DNA from: Octopus sinensis
Lineage: Eukaryota
Direction: 5' to 3'
Assembly (NCBI RefSeq): GCF_006345805.1
Contig: NC_042997.1
Span: forward strand, 168,764,001 to 168,828,000
DNA: 64,000 bases
This document shows, in pieces, positions 39,165 to 51,389 of the stretch (within the stretch, counting starts at the first letter, position 1; each line of letters opens with the position of its first letter). The notes beneath the pieces are model-generated. The model worked only from the letters and a program-made list of their open reading frames with translations. It was not told where the DNA came from and did no database searches. A program made the position numbers and the translations under genes.

Positions 39165-39450
39165 GTTATTCTTTTATTCTTTTAATTGTTTCAGTCACTT
39201 GATTGACTGCAGCCATGCTGGAGCACCGCCTTCAATGATTTTAGTCAAACAGTTTTACCCAGGACTTATTTTTTAAGCCTACTACTTATTCTATTAATCG
39301 CTTTTGCTGAAGCACTAAGTTATGGGGACATAAACGCACCAACACCAATTGTCGAGCAGTGATGGGGGACAAACACAAACACACACACTCAGATACATAC
39401 ATACATACACACACACATATGATGAGATTCTTTCAGTTTCTGTCAACCAA

Positions 39451-39485
<35 letters not shown>

Positions 39486-39590
39486 CGATGGACTTCTTTC
39501 AGTTTTTGTAAACCAAATCTAGCCCGAGGCTACAGAAGACACTTGCCCAAAGTACCATGCAGGCTTCTTGCCCCACAGCCATGCCTGCAT
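39165..39590 (-). mobile_element. SINE family A, degenerate full copy
   Basis: Tail, hinge and core present. Confidence 0.8.
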
Positions 39591-39736
39591 GGTTGTATAT
39601 TTTTTTCAGTCTTTGTCCCTTATTTAAATATTAATGCGTAAAATACTTTTAAATGTTAACATTAAAAATTGCCTGCAAACCACTATCACAACAATAACAA
39701 TGACATCATCAACAATAATAACAAACTTGAAAATAC

Positions 39737-39956
39737 TACATTATTTACATTCGACAGATATTTGTCCTCATCTTGTTTGTTGTTAACACAATGTTTTGGC
39801 TGACATATCCTCCAGCCTTCTTCAAGTGTCTTGATGCACACAGCACTTTGCTTTGCAACATCTAATCCAGTGCTTCTCAAATTGGGTGATACCAACCTCT
39901 CGAATATCCGTCGAATGTAAATAATGTACATAATTCCTCATCTCTTAAATATAGAA
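39737..39956. mobile_element. Penelope-like inverted arms enclosing a 70-bp local duplication
   Basis: Same family as 12890-13081. 26-bp IR 39737-39762 / 39903-39928; decayed hammerhead on the minus strand at about 39781-39830. Confidence 0.75.
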
Positions 39957-40276
39957 TTGAAAATGCTATTAAATTAAATAAACAAAACTAAATATATACC
40001 ATCTATACATACAAATTATAAAGAATAAGCTAAAATATAATTTAAAAGGTACTAGCAAAATTTGTAGCTATTTCCATACATGCAATAAAGACAGCCACTG
40101 CACTGTGGTGTTGGGTAATATCCTGACTTGTGTATATAATAATAATATGCACATGCTTGAATGCCTTCAAATTTAGCAATGAATGTCTTCTGTGATATGC
40201 AGTCCCCTAGTTACTATATATCACACAGTGATACATAATCAGTAGGGGGCTGAAACAAAATTTCTCTGGCCTGATA

Positions 40277-40654
40277 TCTTTATATATAAAAGTGAAGTTG
40301 TGTGTCTGTCTCCTATGATTTAGATTCCTAACTACTCCCACATTTTGCGGTGCAGTTTAACCAAAACCGGGTACCTTATAGTCATGATTCATATCGAGCC
40401 CTTCTGGGTATTAGCGCGCGTCTACAATGAGTCTACGATTTTAAAAAAAATTTACCATTATTTACCATTATATCGAGCCCTTCTGGGTATTAGCGCGCGT
40501 CTACAATGAGTCTACGATTTTAAAAAAAATTTACCATTATTTTTTCCCATTTTGAATGCATTTTTTTGCTATTATATAAGGGAAGTAACTCTCTAAAAAT
40601 GCTTATATAGTTATTTCCCTTACAAACCCGAGCAACGCCGGGCGATACTGCTAG
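40277..40654 (+). mobile_element. Non-autonomous Helitron with an internal 79-bp-period duplication
   Basis: A|TCTTTATATATAAAAG; 3' CCCGAGCAACGCCGGG hairpin then CTAG|T; duplicate units start at 40391 and 40470. Confidence 0.85.
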
Positions 40655-41010
40655 TTACACATAAGTACATTAAAAAAAAGAGGCTTCAATCATAGCAAGG
40701 GGATATTGGAAAAAAGTTATAGTTCAAAAAGTTTGAAAAGCTTTGATCTAAACCATATACATCTTTCAAGACCAATGTCAAATACCACATGCGGATATTG
40801 ATTTTAAAAAATACCTTACAACAGAACTCACTACTTTACGTGTATACTACGAATAATATATTCAAAATATTTTGAATATAATTCAAAATCAAATCATTTT
40901 TACTCAATATCTACTTATTTCAAATCAGATAGGATTCAGATTAAACAGCATTGTCCAAACTCTTGTAATATTGAAAAATTGATACCAAAAGAATTTCAAC
41001 TTTATTATAA

Positions 41011-41598
41011 ACTAGCAGTATTGCCTGGCATTGCTCAGGTTTGTTTCGACCCTTTAGTATTGGAATTTTTGAAAAGTAAAAATTTTGCATTATGTAGCTT
41101 GTTATTCTCTTTAAGTGAACATTTTTCTGGTTGAAATACACCAAAAAAATGGTGACACAGCAGTCAAAAAATCGTAAAAATAGGAATTTTCATAGAAAAA
41201 AAGCACCTTTTTGATGTAAATAATTTTTGGTGTTAACATGGTCTAAGGAAGGAAGAGCAAGCCTTCTTCTATCATACTCTCAATGTTGGTCAACTTGCGC
41301 CACAGGGTCTCGGAGGAGATAGTGTTACTTGAAGGCTACCAAACCTGCTATACACATCATCATCATTGTTCGACTGTGGTCGAGACAATGGAATTTACTA
41401 TGTTACACCAGACTTCACGGTCCATCATAGCATTACGGAGGTCCTGTTGCTGGATGCCTGTATCCCTGGAGATTACATCAGAGTAGGAGAGAGTGCGCCC
41501 TCTGGTATCGCGAGCAGATGGCTTCCAGAGGAGAAAGTAGGGATTACCTCATTTTCAGCTGCCATACACAGACAACTTCAGCTTTATATATATAGAGA
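41011..41598 (-). mobile_element. Non-autonomous Helitron, same terminal family as 40277-40654
   Basis: Minus A|TCTCTATATATATAAAGCTGAAGTTG ... CCTGAGCAATGCCAGGCAATACTGCTAG|T. Confidence 0.8.
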
Positions 41599-41995
41599 TT
41601 AAGTCTTCTGACACCAACCTGCCAGTAACTGCCTGTGGTTTATGATACAAAAATTCATTTTAAAATGTTCATATCTAAATTTTTTTAATTCCTTCATAAT
41701 TTTATGAAAGAACCCTTTTTGTTATGTTCTAAACTCTAACTTATATTGAAAAAGGTAGGTAAATGACAATTTAACTGTAAATTCTTCGTTATATTCAAAA
41801 TCAATTTCAACACACAAGCATGTTTCACAGGAAATACAGATATCATCATCATTTAACATGTTTTCCATGCTGGCATGGGTTGGATGGTTTGACAGAAGCT
41901 GGAGAGCCACAGAGTTGTGTCAAGTGTCAATGTCAGCTTTCATATGCTTTTTATGGTTTGGTATCCTTCCTAAAGCAAACCACTTTACAGTGTAC

Positions 41996-42027
<32 letters not shown>

Positions 42028-42802
42028 AAAGTAGGCTTCTGCACATTTTATATCAACCAAATTCTGTTGATAGTTTTATTGATTAATCTGAGGCTATGGT
42101 AGAAGACACTTGCTCAATGTGAAGTAGAATTGAACTTGAAACCACATGATTGTGAAGCAAACATCTTAACCATACAACCATGCCTACATCCATTGATAAA
42201 TTAGTAGATGACTTCATTTGTGATTAGCAAGATGTCTGAAATCAATTCTTTTATATCTATTGAATCAGTAATCTTGTTTCTTAAATTTCCTTCTCTAGTA
42301 GCATAGCAGTTAACAGCATAGAAGGGAGGAGATTCTCCAGCATGTTCGACAATGATGTTCACTTGGTCAGCCAAAGTTTTAGCTTCCTTATCTTTCTGCA
42401 ATATTTGTTAATCAATATATTGTCAATGTGCTTAGCTGTTTGTCAAGCATTAATATATTTCTCTAGGAATGGTAGGTAAATAAGTAGAAAGACAAGTGTA
42501 AGTTGACAGAGCAATTATGCAACAGAGGAAGAAGCATTTGTATGGAAGATAGCTAGCTTGTGTAAATAAAGACATAACATGTAGAGGAGAAACCAACCAT
42601 TACTTGCAAACAAGTGTGGCTTCTTATCATCACCATCATTTTAGCCTCCACTTTTCCATACAAGCATGGATGGAGCACAGTTTCTTGAAGCAGAATTTCT
42701 GTGACAAGATGCCCTTCCTGTTGCGAACTCTCACCTGTTTTCAAGTTATACTGCCCCATGACTAGAAGATTGCAAATGAACCCTCCCACTCATTATCTAA
42801 TG

Positions 42803-43477
42803 CAATGGTTCTCAACCATTCTTTTTTTCCTGTGGACCCCTTTCATTTCTATTTTACTCTACTGGACCTACATAGCCATTTGAAGTTGAAAAAAAAAATC
42901 CCATTACATTTTGATAATTAAATATCATTGCTGCTGAGACCCCCTTCGGTCATGAATGACCATGGGATTGCACCTAGAAAGTTACCTTCCCAGGCACAAG
43001 TCCAAGCAAGGTTGTTTAAGGAAGACCAGCAGTCGCCCATGCATACCAGTCTCCCCTCTCCACACCACCAGTGTTATCCAAGGGAAAGGCAAAAGCCAAT
43101 ACAGCTTGGCACCTGTGACATCGCAACTCATTTCTACAGCTGAGTGAACTGGAGCAACGTGAAATAAAGTGTCTTGCTCAAGAACACAACACGCAGCCTG
43201 GTCTGGGATTCGAACTCACAACCTCACGATCGTAAGCTCAACACTCTAACCACTGAGCCATGCGCCTTCACTAAATATCATTAGGAATTGTATAAAAAAA
43301 AAGAATTCTTTTTTATTAGGAATTGTATAAAAAAAATTATACAATTGTATAAAAAAAGAAATTTTTTAAATATCTCGAATATTGTAGCAGTATAACTGAT
43401 TTATTGCACATAATTTTTAACAATAAAATCTTACATAGACCCTGAAGAGCCATGTGGACCCTTATTGAGAACCAATG
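42803..43477. mobile_element. hAT (Buster/Charlie-like) MITE carrying a SINE B
   Basis: CAATGGTTCTCAA / TTGAGAACCAATG TIRs; 8-bp TSD ATCTAATG / ATCTGATG. Confidence 0.8.
42930..43271 (-). mobile_element. SINE family B, full copy with 11-bp TSD
   Basis: TSD TAAATATCATT at 42919-42929 and 43272-43282. Confidence 0.9.
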
Positions 43478-43593
43478 ATCTGATGGAACATCAAAGATGT
43501 GTCAGCTGGAGGGAGTGAGGACTGCACCAGTATTTGGTCAGTACACATTCCAGATGAGTAGACTTGTCGAAATGTGAAATGAAGTGCTATGCT

Positions 43594-43719
43594 GAAGGCC
43601 TTAATGCTCCACTTGGCCTTAATGTTCCAGAAGGCCTTAATGCTCCAGAAAGCCTTAATGCTCCAGAAGGCCTTAATGCTCCAGAAGGCCTTAATGCTCC
43701 AGAAGGCCTTAATGCTCCA
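43594..43719. repeat. 18-bp minisatellite, 7 copies
   Basis: Unit GAAGGCCTTAATGCTCCA. Confidence 0.95.
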
Positions 43720-44599
43720 CAATACAGAAATAAAATCAATGGAAATTGTCATTTTTGCTCTTTAGCTCCACATCATCTCTCATCAAGTGGAGCTGTGATA
43801 AAAGCACATTCATGACCATCCCATGATAATAATGATAATGGTTTCAAATTTTGGCACAAGGCCAAAAATTTGGTGGGTTGGGGGAATAAGTCAATTACAC
43901 TGGTCCCAGTGTTTAACTTCTACTTATTTTATCAACCACAAAAGGATGAAAGGTAAAGTTGACCTTGACAGGCCTTCAGCTAAGTATATAATGATGGACA
44001 AAATGCAGCTGAGCATTTGGCCCAACATGCTAACAATTCTACCAGCTCACTGCCTTAACAGCAACAACAATAACAACAACTACAACAACAACAATAATAA
44101 TCCTTTTTACTAAAGGCACATAGCAAGACTGAAGCTTCCACCTCGGTTCACTGATTATGGACAAGCCGGTACCCATTGTGGACCACTGGTACCATTGTGG
44201 ACAAGCTGGTCACCAGCAACAATTGCTGTGAGACAAGTGGAATAATAATACCTTCTACTATAGGTATAAAGCCTAAAATTTTGGGAGAGGGGGCAAGTTG
44301 ATTACATCAACTCTAGTGTGCAATTTTGAGGGAAGGGTGATTAGTCAATTAAATTAACCATAGTACTTGACTTTGTACTTTATTTATCAACCTGAGAAGG
44401 ATGAAAGGCAGTGTGGATCTTGGCAGGATTTGAACTCAGAGCATAAAAAACCCAGAAGAAATAACTACAAACAAAAGAGCAAAAGAGTACCAAAGAAGTA
44501 ATTTCGTAATATAAAGAGAAGAAAATGTGGCAGTGTCAGGGGTTACAATTTAGCATATCCAGGAATGTGGTGTGGGACAATGGCACCATGGAAGCAAAG

Positions 44600-45581
44600 T
44601 GATGATGGTGCCAAAGAAGCAGATCTAGATAAGTGATGCAGCAATACCAGCTATAAAATGTGGGACAGCTAGACAAATATTGTGATGGCACAGAGCAGAA
44701 ATATGGTTATGGCCATGGTGGAGATGTTGGATATGTGCCATAGAGATAATGTGGTGCAGCTAGAGAAGGGATGTTGTGACCTCAGAAAGACAATGGTGTG
44801 GAATAACACAAATAATGTTGTAATGCCAGGGGAACAAGGTATTGTTAGTAATACAGAAGCAGTAATTTGCAATACAGAAGTTATGTGGCAACACCATCAA
44901 AGCAATTAAGTGATTGCAGCAGCAGAGCAATGTGATAGCAACATAGAAGCAATGGTTAAAAGCACAGGAACAATATGATGGTCGCAGAGAGGCAATGTAT
45001 TAGAAATGGGAACCACTATGGTGGCAAGAGAGAGGTAATGTAATATCAATACAGAAGCAATATAGTAGCAGCATAGAAGCAACAGTAAAGCAGTATTTGT
45101 GCAACAGTGAAGCAATGTGATAACAACGTAACAACAATGTGGTATCAACATAGAAGCAATATATATACAATACAGCATAGAAGCAATGTAGTAACAACAG
45201 AGAAGCAATATGGAATCAACAAAGAAGCAATATATGAAGCAACAAAGAAACAAAGTGGTAGCAACAAAAGAGCAATGTGATAACAACATAACAGCAATGT
45301 GGTATCAACATAGAAGCAATATGAAGGGAGAGAAAAGCAATGTGATAGGAATGGAGAAGTAATGTGGTAGCAACAGAGAAGTAATGTAGTAGGAACAGGA
45401 AGAACTATGGTGGCAACAGGAAGGCAATGTAATAACAACACAGATGCAATATGGCATAGAAGCAATGCAGTAACAACAGTGAAGCAATGTGGAATCAACA
45501 CAGAAGCAATATATGAAGCAACAAAGAAACAAAGTGGTAGCAACAAAAGAGCAATGTGTAATAACATAACAGCAATTTGGA

Positions 45582-45617
<36 letters not shown>

Positions 45618-46300
45618 GTTGTCGTCGTCGTTTAACATCTGCTTTCCATGCGAGCATGGGTTGGACGATTTGACTGAGGGCTGGCGAACCAGATGGCTGT
45701 ACCAGGCTCCAATCTTGATCTGGCAGTTTCTACAGCTGGATGCCCTTCCTAATGCCAACCACTCCGAGAGTGTAGTGGGTGCTTTTACGTGCCACCAGCA
45801 CGGGGGCCAGTCAGGCAGTACTGGCAACGACCACGCTCGAATCTTTTTATGCATGCCACCAGCACAGGTGCCAGTAAGGTGATGCCGGTAACGACCACAC
45901 TCGAATGGTGCCTTTTACATGCCACTGGCATGGAAGCCAGTTAGCCGCTCTGGCAATGATCACGCTTGGATGGTGCTCTTAGCACCCTACTAGCACAGGG
46001 CTCAAGTGACAGTAAGGCGACGCTGGTAACGATCACACTTTAATGGTGCCTTTTATGTGCCATTGGCATGGAAGCCAGTTCGCCGCTCTGTCAACGATCA
46101 CACTCGTATGGTGCTCTTTGCACCCTGCTAGCACGGATACCAGTCATTGAATTTGATTTTGATTTCATAGAAGTAATATAAAGCAACAGAGAAGCAATGT
46201 GGCAGCAAGAAGGAATGAGGTAGCAACAGAAAGGCAGTATATTTGCAACAGAGAAGCAACATAGTAACAACATAGAAGCAATGTGGTATTAACAGAGAAG
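44600..46300. repeat. Degenerate AGCAAT-based low-complexity repeat tract, interrupted by a family C element
   Basis: Recurrent GAAGCAATGTG / GTAGCAACA(G/T)AGAAGCAAT words on both sides of 45583-46167. Confidence 0.75.
45583..46167 (-). mobile_element. Long modular family C element
   Basis: Reverse-complement homolog of 26505-27087 and 60410-60940. Confidence 0.85.
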
Positions 46301-46879
46301 TAATGAATTTCTGCCAATATTGAAGTAAAAAAAGTTTACCAAGTGTACATAATACTATTCTACAGTTATGCTGTTTTAAAATATAAAAAGTATGAGTAAC
46401 CAAAGATGGTGTCGTTGAAAATAGTAGAAACAGCTAAAACCTATTAAAATATTCAACAGAACTCATCAGTAGTCGGAGGCTTTGCTGCATTGTTTACACA
46501 AACTGAATTAACAAATAAAACATTAACAGAAATTTGTCTAGATGAGATATGCTTCTGAAGAAGTGCATCTGTTTCTCTGTAAGTTTTTATGTACTTACTA
46601 GCACACACATACAGATATACACAAACACACAGAACAAATTTGCATACACGCAAATATACATATAATTTTTCAAGATATAAGCTAGTTATGTAAAGTGGTG
46701 TAGCAGTGTTAGTTTTTCAGTTTCTTACAAATGTAACCGTAGCAGCACATGCACACATACACTTCAGTTCTTTTTTTTTTTTGTTTTTTTTTTAAGGCTT
46801 AGTTAAAGGAGGGAAAACAGCATCCATGAACCTTTATAGGGCTTCTGAATTAGTGCAAAAAAGTGAAAGTTATCTTAAA

Positions 46880-47000
46880 ATAACCTGGAGACATGGGCTG
46901 ATTGTTTGCTGGCTTGAATGACTTGGTTGAATGACCAAATCCAAGCTTCTCTGCTAGTTCCTGAACAGTTACAATGGGATTTCGTAGGTTTAAGCATGTA
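46880..47000 (-). mobile_element. mariner fragment
   Basis: NPIVTVQELAEKLGFGHST; near-duplicate of 47700-47770. Confidence 0.6.
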
Positions 47001-47270
47001 TTCACCCAACTCATGCCATTATAGAAGAAGAGATGTAAAATGAATGAAATACACAATCCCTGTTTCACTTAATTTTGATAATTATCAATAATTTGAAAAT
47101 ACTTAATGAAATAATTAAATTTATTATATTTACTTTTGTGTAAGTTGCACTCATAAATAAGTCACACCCCTAATTTAGGGTTAAATCTTAATACGAAATT
47201 TGTTGCCTCCATATTTAAATTGGCCCCATGTATAAAACACATCCCAGTTTTTACCATTTAAAATCAAGTT

Positions 47271-48163
47271 TTGAGTCATCCCATAGATAATGCGGTTTTT
47301 TAAATATTTCTTTTATTTTTCAAAATTAAAATAAAGTTCTTTTTTAATCTAAAATATAGTTTCCTTCATTTTCTACAATGCTCTTCCATCTATCTGGTAA
47401 ACTTGCAATGCCCCTCTTCCAAAATTCACTTGCATGTCATGAAAAATACTCTTCCAGTACTGTTCTGACAATGTCTACAGAATTCATATTTTTTCCATCC
47501 CAATCATTTTGAAGACTGTGGAATAAATGATAATCAGATGGGGCAATGTTTGGTGAATATGATGGGTGGAGCATTGTTTCCCATTCAAACTGCTCCAGCC
47601 TTTGGAATGTCATCCTTGCTGTATGTGGCCAAACATTATCTTGATGGAAGAACACCGTTTATCTTGAAACCAAAGATGGTCATTTTTTCTTCTAGCGCTG
47701 ACTTGAATGACTGGTTGAATGACCAAATCCAAGCTTCTCTGCTAGTTCCTCAACAGTTACAATGGGATTTTGTTCCATCAATGTTTGCAGGATGTCCTTG
47801 TCAAGCTCTACAGATCTTTGAGGATGGAGCTTGTCTTCTAGGCTGTAGATTCCAGCTCGAAATTTTTGGAACCACCATTGACACTGGCTTACGCATATAC
47901 TGCATTAATATTCTTCACACTTTCTGTTGCATTGTTGCCTTTATTGAACTCATAAAGCAAAATATGCTGAATATGCTCCTTTGTCACTTCCATTATAGCT
48001 TTGAAAAAAACTGTTAAAATTGAACTGCACTCTTCAAAATTTACACTAAGAATAAGGATAAGGTAAAATTACTACCTGCTTTTATAGCAAGTTGATGCAA
48101 GTAGTTTATCACATGCCTTTTAGCTCATGCAATTGAAAAAAACTTCTTTACGGGATGACCCAA
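47271..48163 (-). mobile_element. Internally deleted mariner element
   Basis: TIR-like TTG(A/G)GTCATCCC at both ends; FHQDN..PHTAR...HPSYSPNIAPSDYHLF catalytic segment. Confidence 0.85.
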
Positions 48164-48481
48164 AATAAAATAGTGCCACTCATACACTGTCCATCTCAGG
48201 ATTACTCATTTTTGCCAATTGAGTGAACTGGGACAACGTGAAATGAAGTGCTTTGTTCAAGAACATGACACATTGCCCAGTGCAGGAATCAAAACCACAA
48301 TCTTATGATCATGAGTCCAATAAGCCATGCACCTCTACTTTTATACATGAGTAAATACAGTAAGTATGACACTTCAAAACAAGAGGTTTCATGTTATAAA
48401 ACTTCTTTAATGCTAACACCTAATCTTTGGGTACTTTTAACAACATATTTCGTATCATAAGACTAGGGCTGGATTAAGACC

Positions 48482-48929
48482 TGTAGTGACGCCTGGTTCC
48501 AGACGCCATTTTGGGATCTTCATCCATGCATGCGCAGAGATTAGAGCCTTCCGGAAGGCCTGCCAGAAGTCCCTTATGCGCATGCGCAGTCATCGGCAGT
48601 AGCTAGGCTTGACCGCTATTCTCTCTCTCTTAGCCGCTGCTGCCAACCGAGCCAGATGCAACTTGACCAGCTCCGTGTGGCTGGAATTCTGAAGGCGATT
48701 CACGACTTGGATGAATCTGTGAAGAATGTCTTCACAATTGTGATTAAACCACTCTGCTGTTTCCACACCAAGACGATCTGGCTACCGATTGTCCAGAGAT
48801 GCAATGCTTGTACAGACAGAAAAATAAATATTGTTATTTGTTCAGAGATTCTTGTTCCTGCTATTTTCCTATCTATGACTATGTAAGGAATTGTGAGGCA
48901 CCCATCCAGTGCCAACCTCACTTCCTACA
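48482..48929 (+). mobile_element. Solo LTR (448 bp), Gypsy-like
   Basis: TGTAG...CTACA termini, 4-bp TSD GACC (48478-48481, 48930-48933), AATAAA near 48823. Confidence 0.85.
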
Positions 48930-49084
48930 GACCCATAGAGAGGACCTAAGCACATTAAAGATTTTGATGCCCCCATATATATGTAATTCAAAATATGAAC
49001 AATAATAAACCATAAAATTAATTTTTCATTTTCAAAATGAAACAAAACTAACAGTAAGATGGAAAATAATATTTATTTTTGTAT

Positions 49085-49472
49085 ACTTGTGCCGGTGGGA
49101 CGTAAAAAGCACCATCCGAACGTGGCCGATGCCAGTGCCACCTTGACTGGCTTCTGTGCCGATGGCACGTAAAAAGCACCATCCCAACGTGGCCGATGCC
49201 AGCTCCGCCTTGACTGGCTTCTGTGCCGGTGGCACGTAAAAAGCACCAACCAATCGTGGCCGGTGCAAGACTCCCCTGGCATCTGTACCGGTGGCACGTA
49301 AAAAGCACCCACTACACTCAAGGAGTGGTTGGTGTTAGGAAAGGCATCTAGCTGTAGAAACACTGCCAGATCAGACTGGAGCCTGGTGCAGCCTCCTGGC
49401 TACCCAGACCCCAGTCGAACCGTCCAACCCGTGCTAGCACGGAAAACGGATGTTAAACGATGATGATGATGA
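49085..49472 (+). mobile_element. Family C element with 3-4 tandem modules of about 65 bp
   Basis: Repeated GGCACGTAAAAAGCACC... units, C tail. Confidence 0.85.
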
Positions 49473-49657
49473 TACTTCTACTTTATTTATAGTTGAAAAC
49501 TCTTATCCTACTTTTTTCAATTGCAAAGTCCTTGAATCAGATCCTCCCTATGATATCATAACCACTTGAATCAGATTCTCACTATGACACCATGACCACT
49601 TTGAAATTATATTTCTGATTGTATAAACCACTTTGAATATTATTTTAGCAAATTTAA

Positions 49658-49872
49658 CTTTTTAGCATTCACATTATTCTGTTAAAATTAATGCTTATTT
49701 ATTCACATTGATTTGAATTAATCATGAATTATCTCATAGCTATGAGATTTTGATGAGGTAACCTAATTTTTAGAATATTGTAGGGTTGGTTTGAGAGGCC
49801 AGATCTGGCCAGTTTGAACATAAAACAGCGGAAATATTTTGCCCATATATGGCTGGTATAAATGCTAAAGTG
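49658..49872. mobile_element. piggyBac-type MITE, old copy
   Basis: TTAA then CTTTTTAGCATTC ... AATGCTAAAG; same body as 57837-58476. Confidence 0.6.
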
Positions 49873-50605
49873 ATTTTTTTTGTACTGTAAACCATTTACC
49901 ATTCCTGTGGCGCCCTCCTTCTCTTGATGCCCTAATAACATGCTTATTTTGCTTGCATAAAAACCCTTGTTTTATAATACAAAATAGAAGCTGCTAAAGG
50001 CTACCAAGTGCCAGGCTTTGGTGTTAAACCAGGTGATGGATGAATTCTATCACATGAATTCTATCACAGGAATGGTCCGTTCACTTAAGCTTCCAATCCA
50101 CTTTCTTACTACACACAGAGGGGACAAACAAACAGATTAAGTTGATTACATCAACCCCAGCGCATAACTGATACTTAATTTATCGACCCCAAAAGGATGA
50201 AAGGCAAAGTCGACCTCAGCGGAATTTGAACTCAGAACGTAAATACAGACGAAATACCGCTAAGCATTTCGCCTGGCATGCTAACGTTTCTGCCAGCTTG
50301 CCACCCTTCCAATCCACTTTCTTCCAACCAAATTTCACTCACAAGGTTTGGGTCAACCTGAAGCTATGACAGAAGATACCATGCAGTGGAATCAAACCCA
50401 AAAGCACATAGTTGTGAAGAATCTTTTTTTTTTTATGCAGCCAAGAATGTGGCTGTGAGAGAATCCAAACGAGAATTCTGAATCTCAACATTTAAGCCTG
50501 TATTTTCATGAGATGGAGATGAATATCACAGTTTTAATTTTAATAAAAAGTTACTTAGTTACTCATCTAATTTAGGGAGCCTGCCTCTGCATATGATGTG
50601 AGGAG

Positions 50606-50893
50606 GGGAGGGAGGAAGGAAAGAAGGAAGGAAGGAAAAATGGAAGGAAGGAAGGAAAAATGGAAGGAAGGAAGGAAGGAAGGAAAAAAGGAAGGAAGGA
50701 AAAAAGGAAGGAAGAGAGAAAGACAGGAAGGAAAGAAGGAAGGAAGGAAGGAAAAAAGGAAGACAGGAAGGAAGGAAAGAAGGATGGAAGGAAGGAAGGA
50801 AAGAAGGAAGGGAGAAAGGAAAAAAGGAAGAGAGAAAGACAGGAAGGAAGGAAGAAGGAAGGAAGGAAGGAAGGAAGGAAGGAAGGAAGGAAG
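50606..50893. repeat. (GGAA)n-rich polypurine microsatellite
   Basis: Direct reading. Confidence 0.95.
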
Positions 50894-51298
50894 GGCCAGA
50901 TACAGAAAGAGATAGAAACAGACAGACAGAGAAAATACTACTAAACTGGTAGAACTTTATGGCTCATCTTCATATGGGTTTGCTGGCTATAAACAATGGT
51001 TAAATTAACAGTGTGTTTGGTTTGCAATCCACTGTGAAAGCATGTCCAGGTTTCTTCATATGTCTTGAGATATTTCACAAGCTTTGGAAAGAAAAGGCTC
51101 ACTGAAACTGTCATTTGTTTCCAGTTTTCTGCATAAACATGCCCAGGCTGTTCGTCATTCAACAGACTGGGAAATTAATTCCTCATTCAGAAACAAGCAG
51201 GGTTTGGTATCAGGAAGGACATCCAATCACAGAAAACTTTTGTCCCTGTGTACAATCATCTGACCCATGCAAGCATGAAAAAGTAAACGTTAAAATGA

Positions 51299-51332
<34 letters not shown>

Positions 51333-51389
51333 GGTGATGATGATGATGATGGTGATGATGATATTCTGTTGTCATGTTGCAGAAGTTAA

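Larger units (their letters stand above)
39061..40745. mobile_element. hAT (Buster/Charlie-like) MITE expanded by nested insertions
   Basis: CAGTGCTTCTCAA ... TTGAAAAGCTTTG ends; 8-bp TSD ATCTAATC / ATCTAAAC. Confidence 0.6.

Noticed and set aside
44669-45673. Several Cys/Leu-rich ORFs of 100-140 aa
   Set aside because: Overlapping frames of a strand-skewed cryptic repeat; no splice or domain support.
50598-50944. Lys/Glu/Arg/Gly-rich ORFs
   Set aside because: Translation of (GGAA)n.
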